Positions 1 through 17,333 are shown, counted from the first letter of the stretch. The stretch is DNA of 64,000 nucleotides from Eledone cirrhosa (GCA_964016885.1 OZ024742.1:215388001-215452000); one strand, 5' to 3'. Numbers and translations: made by a program. Notes: generated by a model not told the origin, from the letters alone.

Positions 1-391
1 CACCACTAACCCTGTATAGATCGCCAAGGTGGAGTTTCCACCGATCACATTGCCAGATTCGCGGAGGGCTGTAAGCGCCTGAAGAATTGTCACAGAACTG
101 CATCTCCATTAAGTATACCAGCTAGGGGGACATGCATTTGGTGAACGGCAACCATACCTGTTCACAATTAGGGAAAATATGCCGATGTCTTAGCCTCAGC
201 ACATGTCTGCGCACCATAAGCGACGGCATTCGCAGTACTCCAAGCAGCGAGTGTTCACAGCAGATGGACCACCTGACCATCGGAACATGTCCTTTCCACA
301 AGAAGCGGAAGAGCAAATGCTCCAGTGCTGTCAGACCACCGACGACAAGCACCAACCTCGTTGCTAACACCTTGACCAAAATGTTTAACAC
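1..391 (-). mobile_element. Tx1/L1-type LINE ORF2 remnant with internal deletion
   Basis: ORF 122-391(-) joins an RT-like LNILVKVLATRL segment to FRFLWKG..V..SIC....LGVLRMP, resembling the post-RT FLW-G / GGLG-P region of Tx1/L1 ORF2. Confidence 0.6.
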
Positions 392-402
392 TGCATTTAG
401 CA

Positions 403-403
<1 letters not shown>

Positions 404-470
<67 letters not shown>
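404..470. repeat. (GTA)n microsatellite
   Basis: Directly visible. Confidence 0.97.
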
Positions 471-564
471 AGAGTAACTGACTGTGGAAATACTGTTAAT
501 TAGAAACGACCACTAAGTACTAAAGGGATATATAACATTAGATAATGTATTTATTAGATAGATA

Positions 565-1607
565 TGTTTCTTTTATTTGCCACAAGGGCATCAAAAGTGG
601 GACAAGTACAATGGGGGGAGTTTACAAAACAAGGCGTCCTCAATAGGGAGGAGGCAATAACAATATATAAAAATAAAATAAAATATAACAAAAAATAGAA
701 TTATAACAAAATCCTCAATAGAGGATTTTGTTATAAAATATAACAAAAAATAAAATTTATAACAAAATCCTCAATAGAGAGGAGGCGCCTTGGGGGGTCG
801 CACACACCCCCGAAAAAAGTGTGCAACCCTTTTCCTCAGGAGTACAGAGAGGGGGTGCTCCCTCGTTCCTTCCTCTTTTCCACCTACAGGCTTATGTAAA
901 GAGAAGGCCCATTCACACGGGCCATTCTCGCCACTTTCACCCACCTTTCATAAAAACGACTGGGGTGCAGCACCTCTCTCTCCATCCTGATCCTTCTTCC
1001 GAAATGATATCGGAAGAAACGGACCAGTTGTTGGCCAGAGAGAAAGGTGCCTGACCTCAGTCCTTTCAGACGCGTCCACCATACAACCTCTTTCGCCATG
1101 GCTATTACGCACAGAAACACCGCCTCTGCTTCATCTTTGAAGGGGGGAGGCGGCTTGATCATTACAATAGACTCGGTGGTCAACCGGATCGGTCCCACCC
1201 TTGACAGCAGTTGTTCGACATAGCCCCACAGATCGGCTACGCCCGAGCATTGTACCAATGCGTGTGCAACGGTTTCCTCGTCGCACACGCATCTGGGACA
1301 GATCTTTTTGGCGAGGTCCCTACCCGGGCGCCCGTGTCTGTAGAGCCTTTCTCGAACGGGTAAAGCTCCTCGGTAGCACTGCCAGGCCAGGGACTTCTGG
1401 AAGTTGTCCATAGGTCCCGGGCTGAATGTCCTACCGAACAGGCTGGCCAGTTCGTCCTCCTCCAAGTCTAGGGCTTCTCCGAGGGCGTCGTCGCACCTGC
1501 TGCGTACCAGCCCTCTATAGAATGTTGCGGTGGAGTCTCCACTGATAACCGGATCCGCCTGCCAGAGGGCGGTGAGCGCCTGGGCACACTCAGTGTGCCA
1601 GGCGCCC
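565..1607 (-). mobile_element. 5'-truncated Tx1/L1-type LINE: C-terminal zinc-binding (zf-RVT-like) region plus 3' UTR
   Basis: ORF 884-1465(-) has W...GALPVRERL...CPRC..DEETVAHALVQC (CCHC). AATAAA lies at 572-577(-). GC-rich body with (AGAT)n on both sides. Confidence 0.85.
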
Positions 1608-4600
1608 AGATAGATAGATGGACAGACAGATAAGTCACTCGATCGATAGATAGATAGATTGTATACTTATTTGTTTGTTGTATATATCAATATATTACAG
1701 TTTAATATGATTTGATTATTTTCCTTATTGTTAAAGTGTATACATTTTGTTCTCATATAACATTTAAGAAAGGTGTAAAAAAATAATTTTAATAGCAAAA
1801 TGTGAAAAATTGTACTCAAATAATGAGGTGCCAGACAGTCAAAGACAAATTACGTGTCGTAAGTGAACTTTACTACTATGTCTATTTTAAAAATATTGAA
1901 CGCTGAAAAGGAAATTAAAATAGTCTAAAATTAAAATATAGAAAATAATCATAATAAATATAGAAGTATATGCAAACATATGTTTTTAGTTAATGAGGCA
2001 ATATAGAACGAGCATGATTCTACAGAAAAATTAAGTTTAATGAGTATCAGAATATAATTGGTAGATGTATTTGATTATTCAAGCAAACACCTATCACATG
2101 TTGTTATTTACTTATTCTCTATTTGTTAAATCAATAAATGTACGAATGTAATAAAAAACTAATAATTATATTATTGTATTTGTAATAGTGTAACATAGTG
2201 CGGATTCTTTAGGGAGATAACAGACTGTAAAAGTTTCTAAGTTTAGATATTTGCAATACCAGTAGAAATATTGTCGTTTGATAATAATACAATGTAGGTT
2301 ATCTTAGATGGATGGTTATAAACAAGCGTTCAATGAGAAACACATATCAGTTATACAGATGAACGGTATTAATAAAACTACTCAAATTAGCCAGAACATC
2401 CCCTACTAGACACAGCTCTGCGCAAGGTCTTTTTGTGGAGGCCCAGCAGTGGTCAATGAAAACTAATTAGCTTCTAGTATTTAGGAGGTTACTGGACTAA
2501 AATATATCTAACTTGACTGTACAGATCACAATATATGTGTGTTTTACTCGTCTAGTTTAAATTATGGACACACTAAACAATTTCTATCTGTTATGGGAAC
2601 AAACTTCCTAAATACATACAATGTGAAGTACCTGATGAGTGTTCCATATCCATACTGCTACATTTTGGATAACATGTTGGTGCATGACAGACTGCTGGAA
2701 ACATCGGTGCATGTTGATGAAGTATTGGCTCTCAGTTTCGTTACAGCTAACTCCACAGAATTCTAAGTTGCGTCTGCGATGCCATTCCAGTTTCGTACTA
2801 GTCATAAATAGTGGGACGTTCGTCTAAATGCGTGTAAATACATCTTTTCATTTACTTCCTAGTTGCCCTTCTGGTGTATTAACTTTGGAATTTAACAGTT
2901 TTATCAGCATTATAAGTTGCTTTTGAGAATGTCGCACATTTAAATTACTAATGTTACTAACAGAATTCTTCTTCGTTGATTTCTCTAAATTCTGTCCACT
3001 AAATCAAAACGTCAGAGTTATTTCAACCTCACGGCAATATAGCATTATTGGTTTACAAAACATTTTATGTTTACACTCGAAAGACTACTGGTGGTCTTTC
3101 AATCTAAAGTTCAACTGTCTGTGTTACAGCACGATTTTCTTTGTTATGAATGTGTCTCAAAATATGATTATACCACACATAGTATCGTTATAATGCCGTT
3201 TATCATACCGATATCAACACACTTGGCTCTAAATATTCCATAAGACCACGGCCTACCAAATGATTCACTTAGTATCATTTCAACTACCGAATAAACAACA
3301 GAGAAACGATCACGTCATTCGAAATATGGTACTAAAGAATATCATATTCTGCTCATTATTATCAATCAGCAAGAAGAGCAATTTCAAAAACAAACATTTG
3401 TATACAAATGCAACCCACACAAGGAAAATACGATATATACACGTTAATTGCAGTCATTATCATTGCTAAATAACATGTGTAGCAATTACCATAGACGTTA
3501 ATGTAGACTTTGACATTCTGTTGATTGGCATCTTAATAGCGACTTTTATGAAAGCAGTCAGATTTACGTTTTATTGGCATTAAGCGAGTGAGATAACAGG
3601 ACGCCAATCTAACGCTGGGTTAACTGCAAGTAATCATTTCCAGCTGAATAAACTTGAACAGCGCAAAATGAAGTGTATTGCTCAAGACCACAACAGGCCA
3701 CATGGTTCAGACCACAAAATCACGACGTTATGATCGTAAGTCTAACAACTTAAATTATTTATAGTGAGCAATTTGCTTCGTATAAAATTTCCTCAAAATT
3801 CAACTTTAAATTTCATCCTACAGGGCTCTATAAAGCAAGTGCCGGTTAAGTAACGTTGTGTCTTTTTGCTTCTTGCATACTGTTTCTTTGTTTTCTTCTC
3901 TGCTTCTCTCTCCCTCTATGTTTGGCTTTGTTTCTCTTAGCTTTTCAGTCTGACTTCCTTTCACGTCCTCTCACCCTCTCTCTCGCTATCTGAAACGGTG
4001 ATGTTTTGTCGTCAGAACGGAATCGGTTGACTGCTCAAAGCGTCAATTACTTCAAAAATACAAAAGGGTTGAAGAAGAATCAAGAACATTCTTTTCGTAG
4101 AAAAACTGATATGATTCTGCAGCACTCCGAAGATGTCGGATGTACTCGACATCACCGAACAGAAATACAGATGTAATTCCCGAAAGGTTAGGCTCTGTAC
4201 CAATGTAAGAAATTAACAAACGTAGAGCAGTTTCATTTTCCTCCGATTACAATAAGCAATATTTCGATCGAAGTTAATACTTATTTTTATTTAACACAAT
4301 ATGTTCTTTAATACCTACACTTTCCAATTATACGTCCCCTACATTCGATTATTTTGTTTTAAGTTTTTGATTTTCTCATTCCAATCATAGTCCTAATTTC
4401 TAATACGTCAGATATTGTTTTTAATTTTAGGTAGCTAATAAACACGTCATACATAATATATCACGAGTTTGAGATATTCAGATCTTTTCATCTTGTTATA
4501 TCAAAAGAATATAATCGAAATATATCGAAACTTGTGATAAGGATGTTAATGGAATATGATGAGAAACAATTAAATGATATTAACAAGGGATATCACGCTA

Positions 4601-5379
4601 TTTCAAAGACTAATTGCTAGATATAATTCTATTGTCACTAACTACATACACATAAACATTCACACCATTACAACTACCACGCCAAATATTACTCGATCGT
4701 CACCAGTAGCTCCACATCCCGATCTAAATCACATACACTATACAAATCGTTAGGGAGCTAATAAACTCAGTGATATTGTCAAACACGAACACTTCTATAA
4801 CTCAATTTCACCCCTACCCCTCTCTCATAAACACAGACTCATACTTATTCACTGCCAGATTAGAAATATACTAAGATGTAAATGGATGTAATCATTTTCA
4901 TATATGGAAACATTCATATACATAGGACATAGATGTATGTAACGTACGCCACAAACATTATAGAAATAAGGCAATAAGAAAGCGTGCACCTAAACACGCG
5001 CACACGCAAACATACAAACACACATCATCATCATTCGTCGACTACTGTCGAGATGATGGATCTCACTCTCATGCCCCACATGCATACACACACACACAGG
5101 AAGCAACTTGCACAAATGACATACGCTTGCGTATGTCCCTACCCACACCAACATCTAGGGAACCAAATGCATAATGTGAGACAGGTATTTCATTTCAGTG
5201 ATTGGAAATCCAACAGCATGCGATGTTTAAGATTATTCAAATGATATATTGAATGGTGCTTTCAATATTCAAATGTTCCTAATAGTGATGGAACAACAAC
5301 TCTGACCGATTTTCTACCTGAGAATTCTGTTTTACGAATGTTCTATCTTATGATTAGCCATATCCATAAGTAATACATC

Positions 5380-5800
5380 TCTTGCCATTTTAGATTGATT
5401 AAAAGAACAGGATTCATAAAGCCACATTTCACTTGACTATGATCTAAGAACAGTTCCAACAAGAGATGCCCAACGAGTTTCATAGAGATGGGAAGTTAAA
5501 GCAGATGCGTAAACATTATCTGTTCAAATCACTAATGGTGATGATGTATGTAAAATAACATTTAGGCTGTGATCTTTACGTTCCAGAAATTTGATTTTTC
5601 AAGTTAAAGCATGACCCACAAAAGCCTCATCCAAATGAAATCGATTCACAGCCTATCTAAGGAACTCAGTGGATATTTCAGTTTTAGCCATGCCACTATC
5701 GTACGTAGATTAAACATGTTTGTAAACCTGTTGATTACTGTGAGGTATTGCATACACTAGAATTATGCGTGCCATGTTTGGAAAGCGATGTTACTAGAGA
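5380..5800 (+). mobile_element. Highly degraded CR1/L2-like LINE RT remnant
   Basis: Frameshifted LE-YACHVW-like motif near 5757-5781. Other motifs are weak. Confidence 0.35.
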
Positions 5801-7371
5801 TGAGAAATGAATCCTTTATCACCACGTTAAGCACCGATTGCTGTGGCTTAGTCATGGTGATAGGAATACAATACAATCATATGTTTACCTGCATCTAAGG
5901 AAAATACTATTAAGTGCAAGGAATAGCTCATTATAATTTGTTTATAGCAGTTCAACTTTCATAAAATTAGTTTTAATGAAAACAACAGATGTGGAAAAAA
6001 ACACCTTTCATTCTTTATCATTATAATGACCATCCTCAACCTGCATGGGCAGCCAATGCCTTCCACGAGGAAATAGTTTATGGAAAGTGCTTCATTCTCA
6101 CCATCTTTTTTGCTGATTATTGTTTAGGAAATTACAAAATACGATATGCAAAATAGAATTTTTCTTTTTCCAATCACACCTAAAGCATTTTATAAGCCCC
6201 CATAAGCTTGTTGTAAGACGGAATAAGGTTATCAAAAGCAATGAAGAATATATTAATGATTAAATTCATCCATAAATATTGCACTTTTCAGGTTATAATT
6301 GCGTAGAATATTCCTTCCAAACAAATACACCCCATAACAGTACCTTTCATTGACGTCTACTTAAAATTAAAAATCTAAGGGAATATGCAATAACCATAGG
6401 TCCCAAATGTGTATTACTGTATTACATTAGTCCTTAAACAGCCCAGGAGATTTCATTCCGTTTAATATTCATCGGCACTACAAAGTGTAACAACACTTAA
6501 GCGTAATATGTACAGCAATGTAAAATATCGGAAAGTATATGTAACGAAATAAAATATTACATTGCAACTTTCAAAGTCTCATTGAATTATTGCACAATAG
6601 ATTGTCTCAGACAATACTCTGTTGCGACAACAAAATGCAACAACTCAGTATATATTACTGATCTATTAGAAAAGCAGCAAGGGAATACACGCTGTATATG
6701 ATTTAATGTATATTATTTAATGTTTATAATATAAAAGTGTCTTTTAATCACAGGAAAAATATTACCTTTTTCAAGAATAGCAGTAAGAACATAAGTCTAG
6801 CGTAAAACTCAAACTGCTGAGCTCATAAAATAAACAAAGTTAATTGATATTTACACTTAACAAATTCCATTACATATAGATGTAGTATCTATTCGAAGAA
6901 AATATCGTATATTTATATTTTAATGATTGGTCTATGAAACTTCAATATACACTAAATACTTATTTGTAAGTGAGGAAATGACATACCAATGCTAAACATT
7001 AAAAAATCTCTCCTTTTTCGTATATGGTAAACTGTTTCATTTTTTCATTCATGAAATCTTAATCTGCAAAACGAAATATTTCCTTTCAATGAAATCTGTC
7101 GCACCTTTGTATTGATAATTCAAACAAATCATGGTTCTTTCATTCAAATATAAAACTCGTCTACATTTGAAAGAAGTAACTGTCAACTATTAACAGAGTA
7201 TTCATCAGTCAAATACCAAACATTCCGATAGAATTTGGAGCGTCAGGGTAAGATTATCTAGATAATAATTGTGTAGATTCGTAAATCCGCATGAATTCGT
7301 AGGGAAGCTTATTATCATACGACATTTATTGGATATGCTAAAATCCGCAAGGCGAGGTTTGAACAGAGCTT

Positions 7372-7750
7372 TTTTCCACAGGGAAATTAGCGGGGAAATA
7401 AAGAAAATGAAAAAATCCCGCCGAGGTTGACTTTGCCTTTCATCCTTACGGGGTCGATAAAATAAAGTACCAGTAATGAACTGGTGTAATTGCTGGTCTT
7501 GTGCCTAAAGTAGACACAATTATTTGTATTGACATAGGGCGGTGAATTGGCGGTGAAGGGCGGTGAATTGGCAATATCGGTAGAGGGTCGGACGCCATGC
7601 TTTCCAGCATAGTTAGGTCCCTTTACGGTTTGAGTTCAAATCCCGTCGAGGTTAACTTTGCCTTTCATCCTTACGGAGTCGATAAAATAAAGTACCAGTA
7701 ATGCACTGGTATAATTGCTGGCCTCGTGCTAAAAGTAAAAACAATTATTT
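7372..7750 (+). mobile_element. Two tandem copies of a tRNA-headed SINE (first is 5'-degraded)
   Basis: A-box-like tggcaatatcgg near 7569 and B-box gagttcaaatcc near 7632. Conserved core ctttgcctttcatccttacggggtcgataaaataaagtaccag recurs about 10 times in the window. Confidence 0.85.
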
Positions 7751-7916
7751 GTATTGACATAAAACGTATATAAGGCAACGTTGATTGCAATGGAATTTGA
7801 AATGAAAGAGAAGAGAGCCGGATGGATTACTGCAATTCTGCCAAATATTTGTTGAGAGAGGAGGATGTAGAGAGTATCTTGCAATTTTTGTCGTATGTTG
7901 GGTATACATTTGGAAG

Positions 7917-7947
<31 letters not shown>

Positions 7948-8884
7948 TTCATACATCCATACATATATATATATATATTGCTCTGTTAAAATATGTTATA
8001 TAACATCATAGAATCTGATCAAATACGAAAAGGCTCTCCCGTATCTTTTTCACGTGACAGTAACTATAATTAATTACCTAATACATAAAGTGCAGTTGAA
8101 AATCATACCATTTTCTGTCTGAAAATATTGCTACAATAGCAAAACGATAAAGTTGCAAGCTATAATATAACTATTTTGTTTTGAATGCAACAAAATTGTA
8201 TCACCTCTACCTATCTCATTCTTTATCTATAGCTCGTTAATACCTTTATTTCGAATAGCTGATCACCCCTGACAACAGTTTTTCGATTATTCCCGGCAAC
8301 GTTCCATTTCTCAAGAACCACTTAATGGCATTCTTTATAATTCACTGTTGCTTTATGTTTTGAATATTTGCTTTCGTTTGACTGTTTAACGATTCTCTTG
8401 TCATCCTTTCTGATTATATGTGCATGCCACTTTCCCAAAAGGGCTTTTATTATAAATGACTTAATGCTTTGGTGATCTGATCTTTCTGCAGAATTTGCTG
8501 TACACGAGCATACACTGCTGCGAGTAGGCTGAAATATATAAATACACATTTCTCTTGAATGCAAGTAAATCAAAATAATATATAAACCATGTTTTCCCGT
8601 GTACGCATTTACTCATAAGCAAATACCTATATGACATAACCATCAACGCGTGCATATATACAATAAATTTAAATGTATATATACATTTACGAGCTAAGAC
8701 GAAAAAAAAAAACACGCACCTGCGTGCGTGTTTGTGTGTGTGTGTGTGTGTGAGAGAGAGAGTACACCCGTGTGCTTTTGTCTATGCGCTCCTATTTGTA
8801 AGTGGGTTTACGCGTATACTCGTATGCAGTTACTCATAGATATATGAATATACGTGCATACGGATAGAACATACACACGCACTC

Positions 8885-9496
<612 letters not shown>

Positions 9497-10083
9497 AGGG
9501 AGTGTAACGTGGAGTTACTGTAGGTTCACCCGGGTGAGCACTTGATGTTAGGACCCCAACGGCTGAGCTCCGGCCTTTTCTATATAGGGAAAATCACTAA
9601 AATGATTCTGGATTAAACCCTGGATTAAACCCAAAGTCAAGCAAATTGCGATATCTTAGCCTTTGTGTTAGCACTCAGGAAGTGTTCTGCATGTTTAAGA
9701 ATATCGAGGATAAACGGAATACCACTTTCATCCATTGATAACTACTACACTTTTATTAACCAACCAATCATTATGGCTGCTTTGTATTACGCCAAAACTA
9801 TTACACCCATTACAGTCCAGGAAGTTGAAATCATATTCCACGATCTAGCTGTCGGGTTCCTGACTCTTTTCCTATTAGACACTCTACTACTCTAGGTATC
9901 GAGTACTCTGGTGTGTTATGGTCTAGCTGGTTCCTTTGTTATATATATATATATCAAGTAAGAATATTTTCGAAACAGCGAGTGGGTTTGAAATTTTTAG
10001 AAATGTAAACTATCGCCGTATTTTGACTAAAGAAATTAAAGAAAGTATTTAGCCTGATAGTGGGGTTAAGAACCCTCGGAGAA

Positions 10084-10158
10084 TGATGTTTTTGTGTAAA
10101 TGGTAGCACAGTGTGGTCCGGATAACCAAAGATGTGGGTTCGACTCCCATGTACGTCA
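10084..10158 (+). other. tRNA-like cloverleaf (SINE head or tRNA pseudogene) inside an inverted repeat
   Basis: Acceptor tgatgt/acgtca, D arm gtgt/gcac, anticodon arm tggt-ccggata-acca, T arm gtggg-ttcgact-cccat with B-box GGTTCGACTCC. Confidence 0.6.
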
Positions 10159-10235
10159 ATACTCATCTTTTTCCATTTCTACGAGGGATCTTAACCCCAC
10201 TATCAGGCTAAATAATTTCTTCTAATTTCTTTAGT

Positions 10236-10287
<52 letters not shown>

Positions 10288-10291
<4 letters not shown>

Positions 10292-12235
10292 GTGATTCAT
10301 AATTATAGGGAACATGTCGATTGTGCCCTCTATTATATTTACATAACGGCTAGGCTACCTCAATACGGGAAGCTACCGTTCTAGTTAAGGATTGCATAGT
10401 TTGGTGAATCTTTAATTCTATGCCAAAAAATATGAACACGTATTACTTCAGCTTTTGTTGATTTTAGCCCGATTGCATTCTTTGTAGAATTTTCGTCTGT
10501 TTAAACGCAGGAGAGTTTTCTAAAGTTTATGTAGCTCTAAATGAAATTAAAATGAATCATAAACTTAAACGAAGCATATACAAATATTTTCGCATCGTTG
10601 ATTTGTTTTCCTAGTTCGTAAAAATAAGTATTTGGTATCACGTTGACGAATTGAGCTTTTCAATATGTTTTGATACTATTACAAGATTTTGAGTTAACAA
10701 TAAGGTTGTAATGCTTGGCTCATTGAATAGTTGGATCAGTGCTGGGCTTTTTAGCGAGTCATAAACACGCTGGTTTTCATGAACTCCCATCTGTTGTTTT
10801 CAGGTTATGAATTAATAGGCCATTTGACTGCTTGAGAAAAGGCTCGAGAACTTCCAAACAACGAGTGCTCTAGTGTGTTCTCTACCATCAAGTCGAACAC
10901 GTTGAGACAATTTCAGTTGCTGGAAAAGAAACAGCCCAGAAGAGCAAGTAAGTGTGTAGAAAAGCAAGTATCCCTACCCAAAACGGAGAAAAATATCCGC
11001 ATTTCAATCGAGAAAATGGAGCACCAAGGATTGAAAAAAAGAAAATCAAGGATGACTGGCAAATCGTTAAATATAGAATGGTAATTTCGAGGAAATGTTT
11101 GACATTGCAAGCCAAGACATTCTCAACGTACGGATGTCCCATCTGAAGACAAAGCTTTACCTGATACGAAGCGGAAAGATTAGATGTCTTCATTCATGGC
11201 TTCATTCATGCAGAACATGTAAGAGCAATACAGAAGCAGGAAAAGTTTCATGATGTGAAATTAAGAAAGAGAAAGCAGGATTTTGAAATCAAGAAGATAT
11301 CGAAGAAATTAGCTCTTGAAAATTCCTCATCCAGGTCAGCTATCAGTGATGATGGTCAGGAAAACGTCATTCCAGCACCACCCCAAAATTCCCTGCGAAT
11401 AAAGGTGACTCTCGAAACCAGCCTTGTTGCCACATGGGAACTAGAGAAACTGGCGGTATAACAGGCAATTACTTCTTACCTCACATTTGTGGAGATACTT
11501 TATGATGGATCTAAAATATAGATTCCACACTCTAATTTGTATCGAGCCAGAGCCACTCATTGTGAGATGATGGCTTAGGAAATTGAGTTATCATCTTTCC
11601 CACCTGAAGTCAGATGACAGTTCTTCCCTAGTATGGAGAATAATTACTATCGGTTTCCAGATCCAGCATATTTTTAATTACAGTAACATAAAAGTATGAG
11701 ATCTTAGGTGCCCCGATGTCCGGACAACAAATCACTAAAATTGTTTTGAAGGAAAATTAACAACACAAAAGTAGGATAGAATAATTGGTAAGGCCTTTGA
11801 CATCAACGCCAGTAACACCGGCATGCACCAAGGAACCAAGAGAAACAGTGAAGCATCTCTGAATTAATACCTCTTTTGTCTGTCTTGCCATCATAATATT
11901 CTTTGACTGGTTTTCAAGAAAGTATTTGAGATTATTCTCTCTTCATCAATGTCCCAAATTGCCGTTAACGTTGGAACTCCATCGATAAGTCTAACCTGGA
12001 TGATGATGAGTCATATCAGATGTTTTCAAGCACAAAGGGAGACCATCCCTGAGAAGATTATGCCAAATTCTCCCTTCTCTATTTTGGTGGTTGGCCTATT
12101 CCCTAGTTCTCCTTCTTAGTTTACCACCAGGCTCATGTGATAGCTAAGGCCATATATGTAATCAAGATAGTTCTGTTCATGATACACGCTTTATAACTAA
12201 TATCCATACTTTCAGAACGTTCTGGCCTGTATATC
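10288..12235 (+). mobile_element. Decayed hAT-superfamily (probably hATm-like) DNA transposon
   Basis: Starts TAGAGTG. Broken transposase motifs FDINASNTG (~11796), SCHHNIL (CxxH-like, ~11883) and HQAHVIAKAIYVIKI (~12126). Right end not identified. Confidence 0.55.
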
Positions 12236-12284
12236 ATTGCATCTATACTGGATTACACATACACTTGTACAATCTATACTGGAT

Positions 12285-14311
<2,027 letters not shown>

Positions 14312-14799
14312 AATAAACTTAGGAGCGCGGGTCTACGTACGGTTTATAATTTTTTATCCCATTAGTAAAATAAGTTGGATTACTTAAATAATGAGTGAAT
14401 ATTACATAATGTATCTACTAAATTTCGTGGCTGTTCATTAAATATATTGTATTACTTATTTAAAGATTCACGTCTTTAAAATGTTCAAATGTCAACATTC
14501 CCGATTAGCGGTCGCTTAAATGAATATTCATATATTTCTGTCACTAATTTTCTCCTAATGCAGTTTATATATAACATCGTCTTTTTTTAATGTATCATGG
14601 ATTCCGTTACTGATTACATAAGAGAGTGTAACACATTCTTCGTTCAATTTCTGTGTATATTGTCAATTACGATTTTATTTGATGTATCATATCTACATGC
14701 ATATATACTTGAGCATAATATCAATATTCACACTACACATGCTAGCAGAAAACCACCCTAAGGGTGGCTTTTATGCTGTTATATATAAACATTGTGGTC

Positions 14800-15870
14800 G
14801 CGGTTCCAGAAGAGTGTGATTATGTTTGAATTCGTATAAAATAAAAAAGAAAGTGAACGCAGGAATATCTATTAGAACAAATGCTGTCAATGACAGCGTT
14901 GGGTAAAAAAAGAAACCCCAGAGGGCAGAGATCAGTGGCTAGTGGTTGGTAGAGAGACAATTTCGATGAAATGTAGAGATTATTGAAAGTGTAGGACGAT
15001 AAGAAGTAATGTGTTAACGCATAAAAGTGATTAGAATGTAACAAATAAAGGCAATGTATAAGACAAGGTCACGCACTCACCTCGTCACGCTCTTCATCTC
15101 TCAAATCAGCAACAATGGTTTCGCCCAAGTTAAATGTGTGGACCATTTTAAAATTGCCTCATCGTGTAACAGAAAAGACTGTTTCTAGTGTGACGTGTGC
15201 GGGATAAAACAAACAGACAAATCAGTCAACGAAGTAAAGTGCCTCCTAGCGACACTAATTCGACGTTAGGACGGACAGCAAAACAAACAGAACAGTTAGA
15301 CAGACATATCAGAGAGCGTAGTAAATAACGTCTTATCGACATCAGGCCGCCACTGAAACGAGGAACAAATGGCTCTGTGTGGCGAAGTTGGCAGCATGAG
15401 CAATAAATAGGAGAAGAAAGAAGAGAAAAGCAGGGGTAGATGAAAAGGATGAAAGAAGTTTAAGAGAAAATTGACCGCATGGGCAGCATGTAGGAGAAGC
15501 GAGAAGAGAATAGCGGGGAAGAAAGAGAAAGTATGAGAGAAAAATAAAATAAAATAATTGATAATGGACCTCAAGCTGTGGTATCTGTCCAAAATAGAGA
15601 GCTAATAAGTTATAGCTATGATAAAGTTAAATGAATAAATATTGTTGTATCTGTTCGGGCGGAACGTGCGTATATGTGAATTCAGAGAAATTAGATAAAA
15701 CACAACGCAAGTATAGCTGTTAAAACAACCAAATTCTATCAATGTTTGCGTTGAGTAAAAATACCTCATAGTACAGAGAACAGTGGCTAGTGGCTGATAG
15801 AGAGACAATTCAAATGAAATATGGAAACGATTCAGAAAGTAGGAGTGGAAGTAAATGTGTGTTGGTGCAT
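14800..15870. repeat. Two diverged direct copies of an unclassified ~220 bp repeat (~14800-15030 and ~15655-15870)
   Basis: Shared cagaga.cagtggctagtgg.tg.tagagagacaatt and colinear flanks. Confidence 0.6.
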
Positions 15871-16099
15871 AGAAGTGACTGGAAGAAGGAAATAAAGAAA
15901 TGCGATGTACAAGAGAAGTTCATACACATATCTTCACCCTTTTCAGCTTTCATACCAGAAAAAATAGTTTCGTTCGATTTAATTGATAGGAACATTCAAA
16001 CATTTTTGGAACATGCAACAGAAAAATATAAATATTGGTGTGAAATCATATATACATACATGTGGACTACGTGAATGTGTATATTAGTATAAATATTAT

Positions 16100-16390
16100 G
16101 CAGAACAAGATTGACGTGTGTAAAACATACTCGAAAGATAATAGGAATTGAATTTTGCCAGGAGAAATGTTTGTATGAGAAGGTAAAGCGTGGGAAATCT
16201 ACAAGACACTCTAGCAACATCTCTATTAATGGTCTAACTGTTTCACCGGTATCAGACGAGGAATGCTACAGATACTTGGGGATTAACATAAATACAACTT
16301 ACGATAGAATTCGTAATAAAGAACTAAAGTGGAAATATAACTCCCTATTAAACGTAAATAGTGGGGGAAAGGAATTAAGATATACCTAAA
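16100..16390 (+). mobile_element. Degraded R4/Dong-like non-LTR retrotransposon RT remnant
   Basis: IGIEFCQEKC....VKRGK ... YRYLGI resembles the GMEFGLDKC...GK...YKYLG region of R4/Dong RTs. Confidence 0.5.
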
Positions 16391-17140
16391 TGTGCTTTGA
16401 ATATCGCACGTTATGTCTTTGACAACATCTAAAAACCAGCAAGAGTAGAAGACAATCCATAGAAAATGTCTATCGACATGAAGCAGATGATATCATGAGA
16501 GTTTGGACGGCGCTTCCTGAAAAGTGCTCTCTAAATAAACACCCACGGAATTTTCACCGTTCTGCTGCGGTGAATCAATGGATATAAAGCTCAATAGAAA
16601 ATTGTTCCAAGGCTAGAATAATATTGCTAGCCAATTAATATGTATTAAACTAACAACCGCTGTATTAGCATTTGAAGGATATGCTTGAAGGGATATATTT
16701 TTTCATTTCTTTAAAATAATTACCAAAAATGAATCGATGTAGAAAACGGAAAATGACGCAAACACCCCCCACCCGCCACCCACCCCAACATATAGACAAA
16801 AAAGATCAGACATATTGATATGGATCGGAGAAATGAAGCCATGCACAATTGAGTAAATCGACAGCCCGACAGATCTACCTAATTACAAATGAATTTCATT
16901 AATAGAACATTAAACATATTTAAAATATTCTATAAGTTTAGTATATATCTTAATATCTTCATACATCCATATGTTTCTATAGACAGATATGCATATCTGC
17001 ATATATTGCTGAATATATACGAACACGCTACAAGCAGTGACCTCAATACAAACACATATACATGCAGACAGAAGTACATAATTGCTTAGTTAACGATGTC
17101 TAAATTCCAATGAATAAGTCTTATTTCTGGGTTAGAAACC

Positions 17141-17333
<193 letters not shown>

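Noticed and set aside
10084-10158. Functional tRNA gene
   Set aside because: Extra bases between the D and anticodon arms, no U33 and an imperfect acceptor stem. Treated as tRNA-derived.
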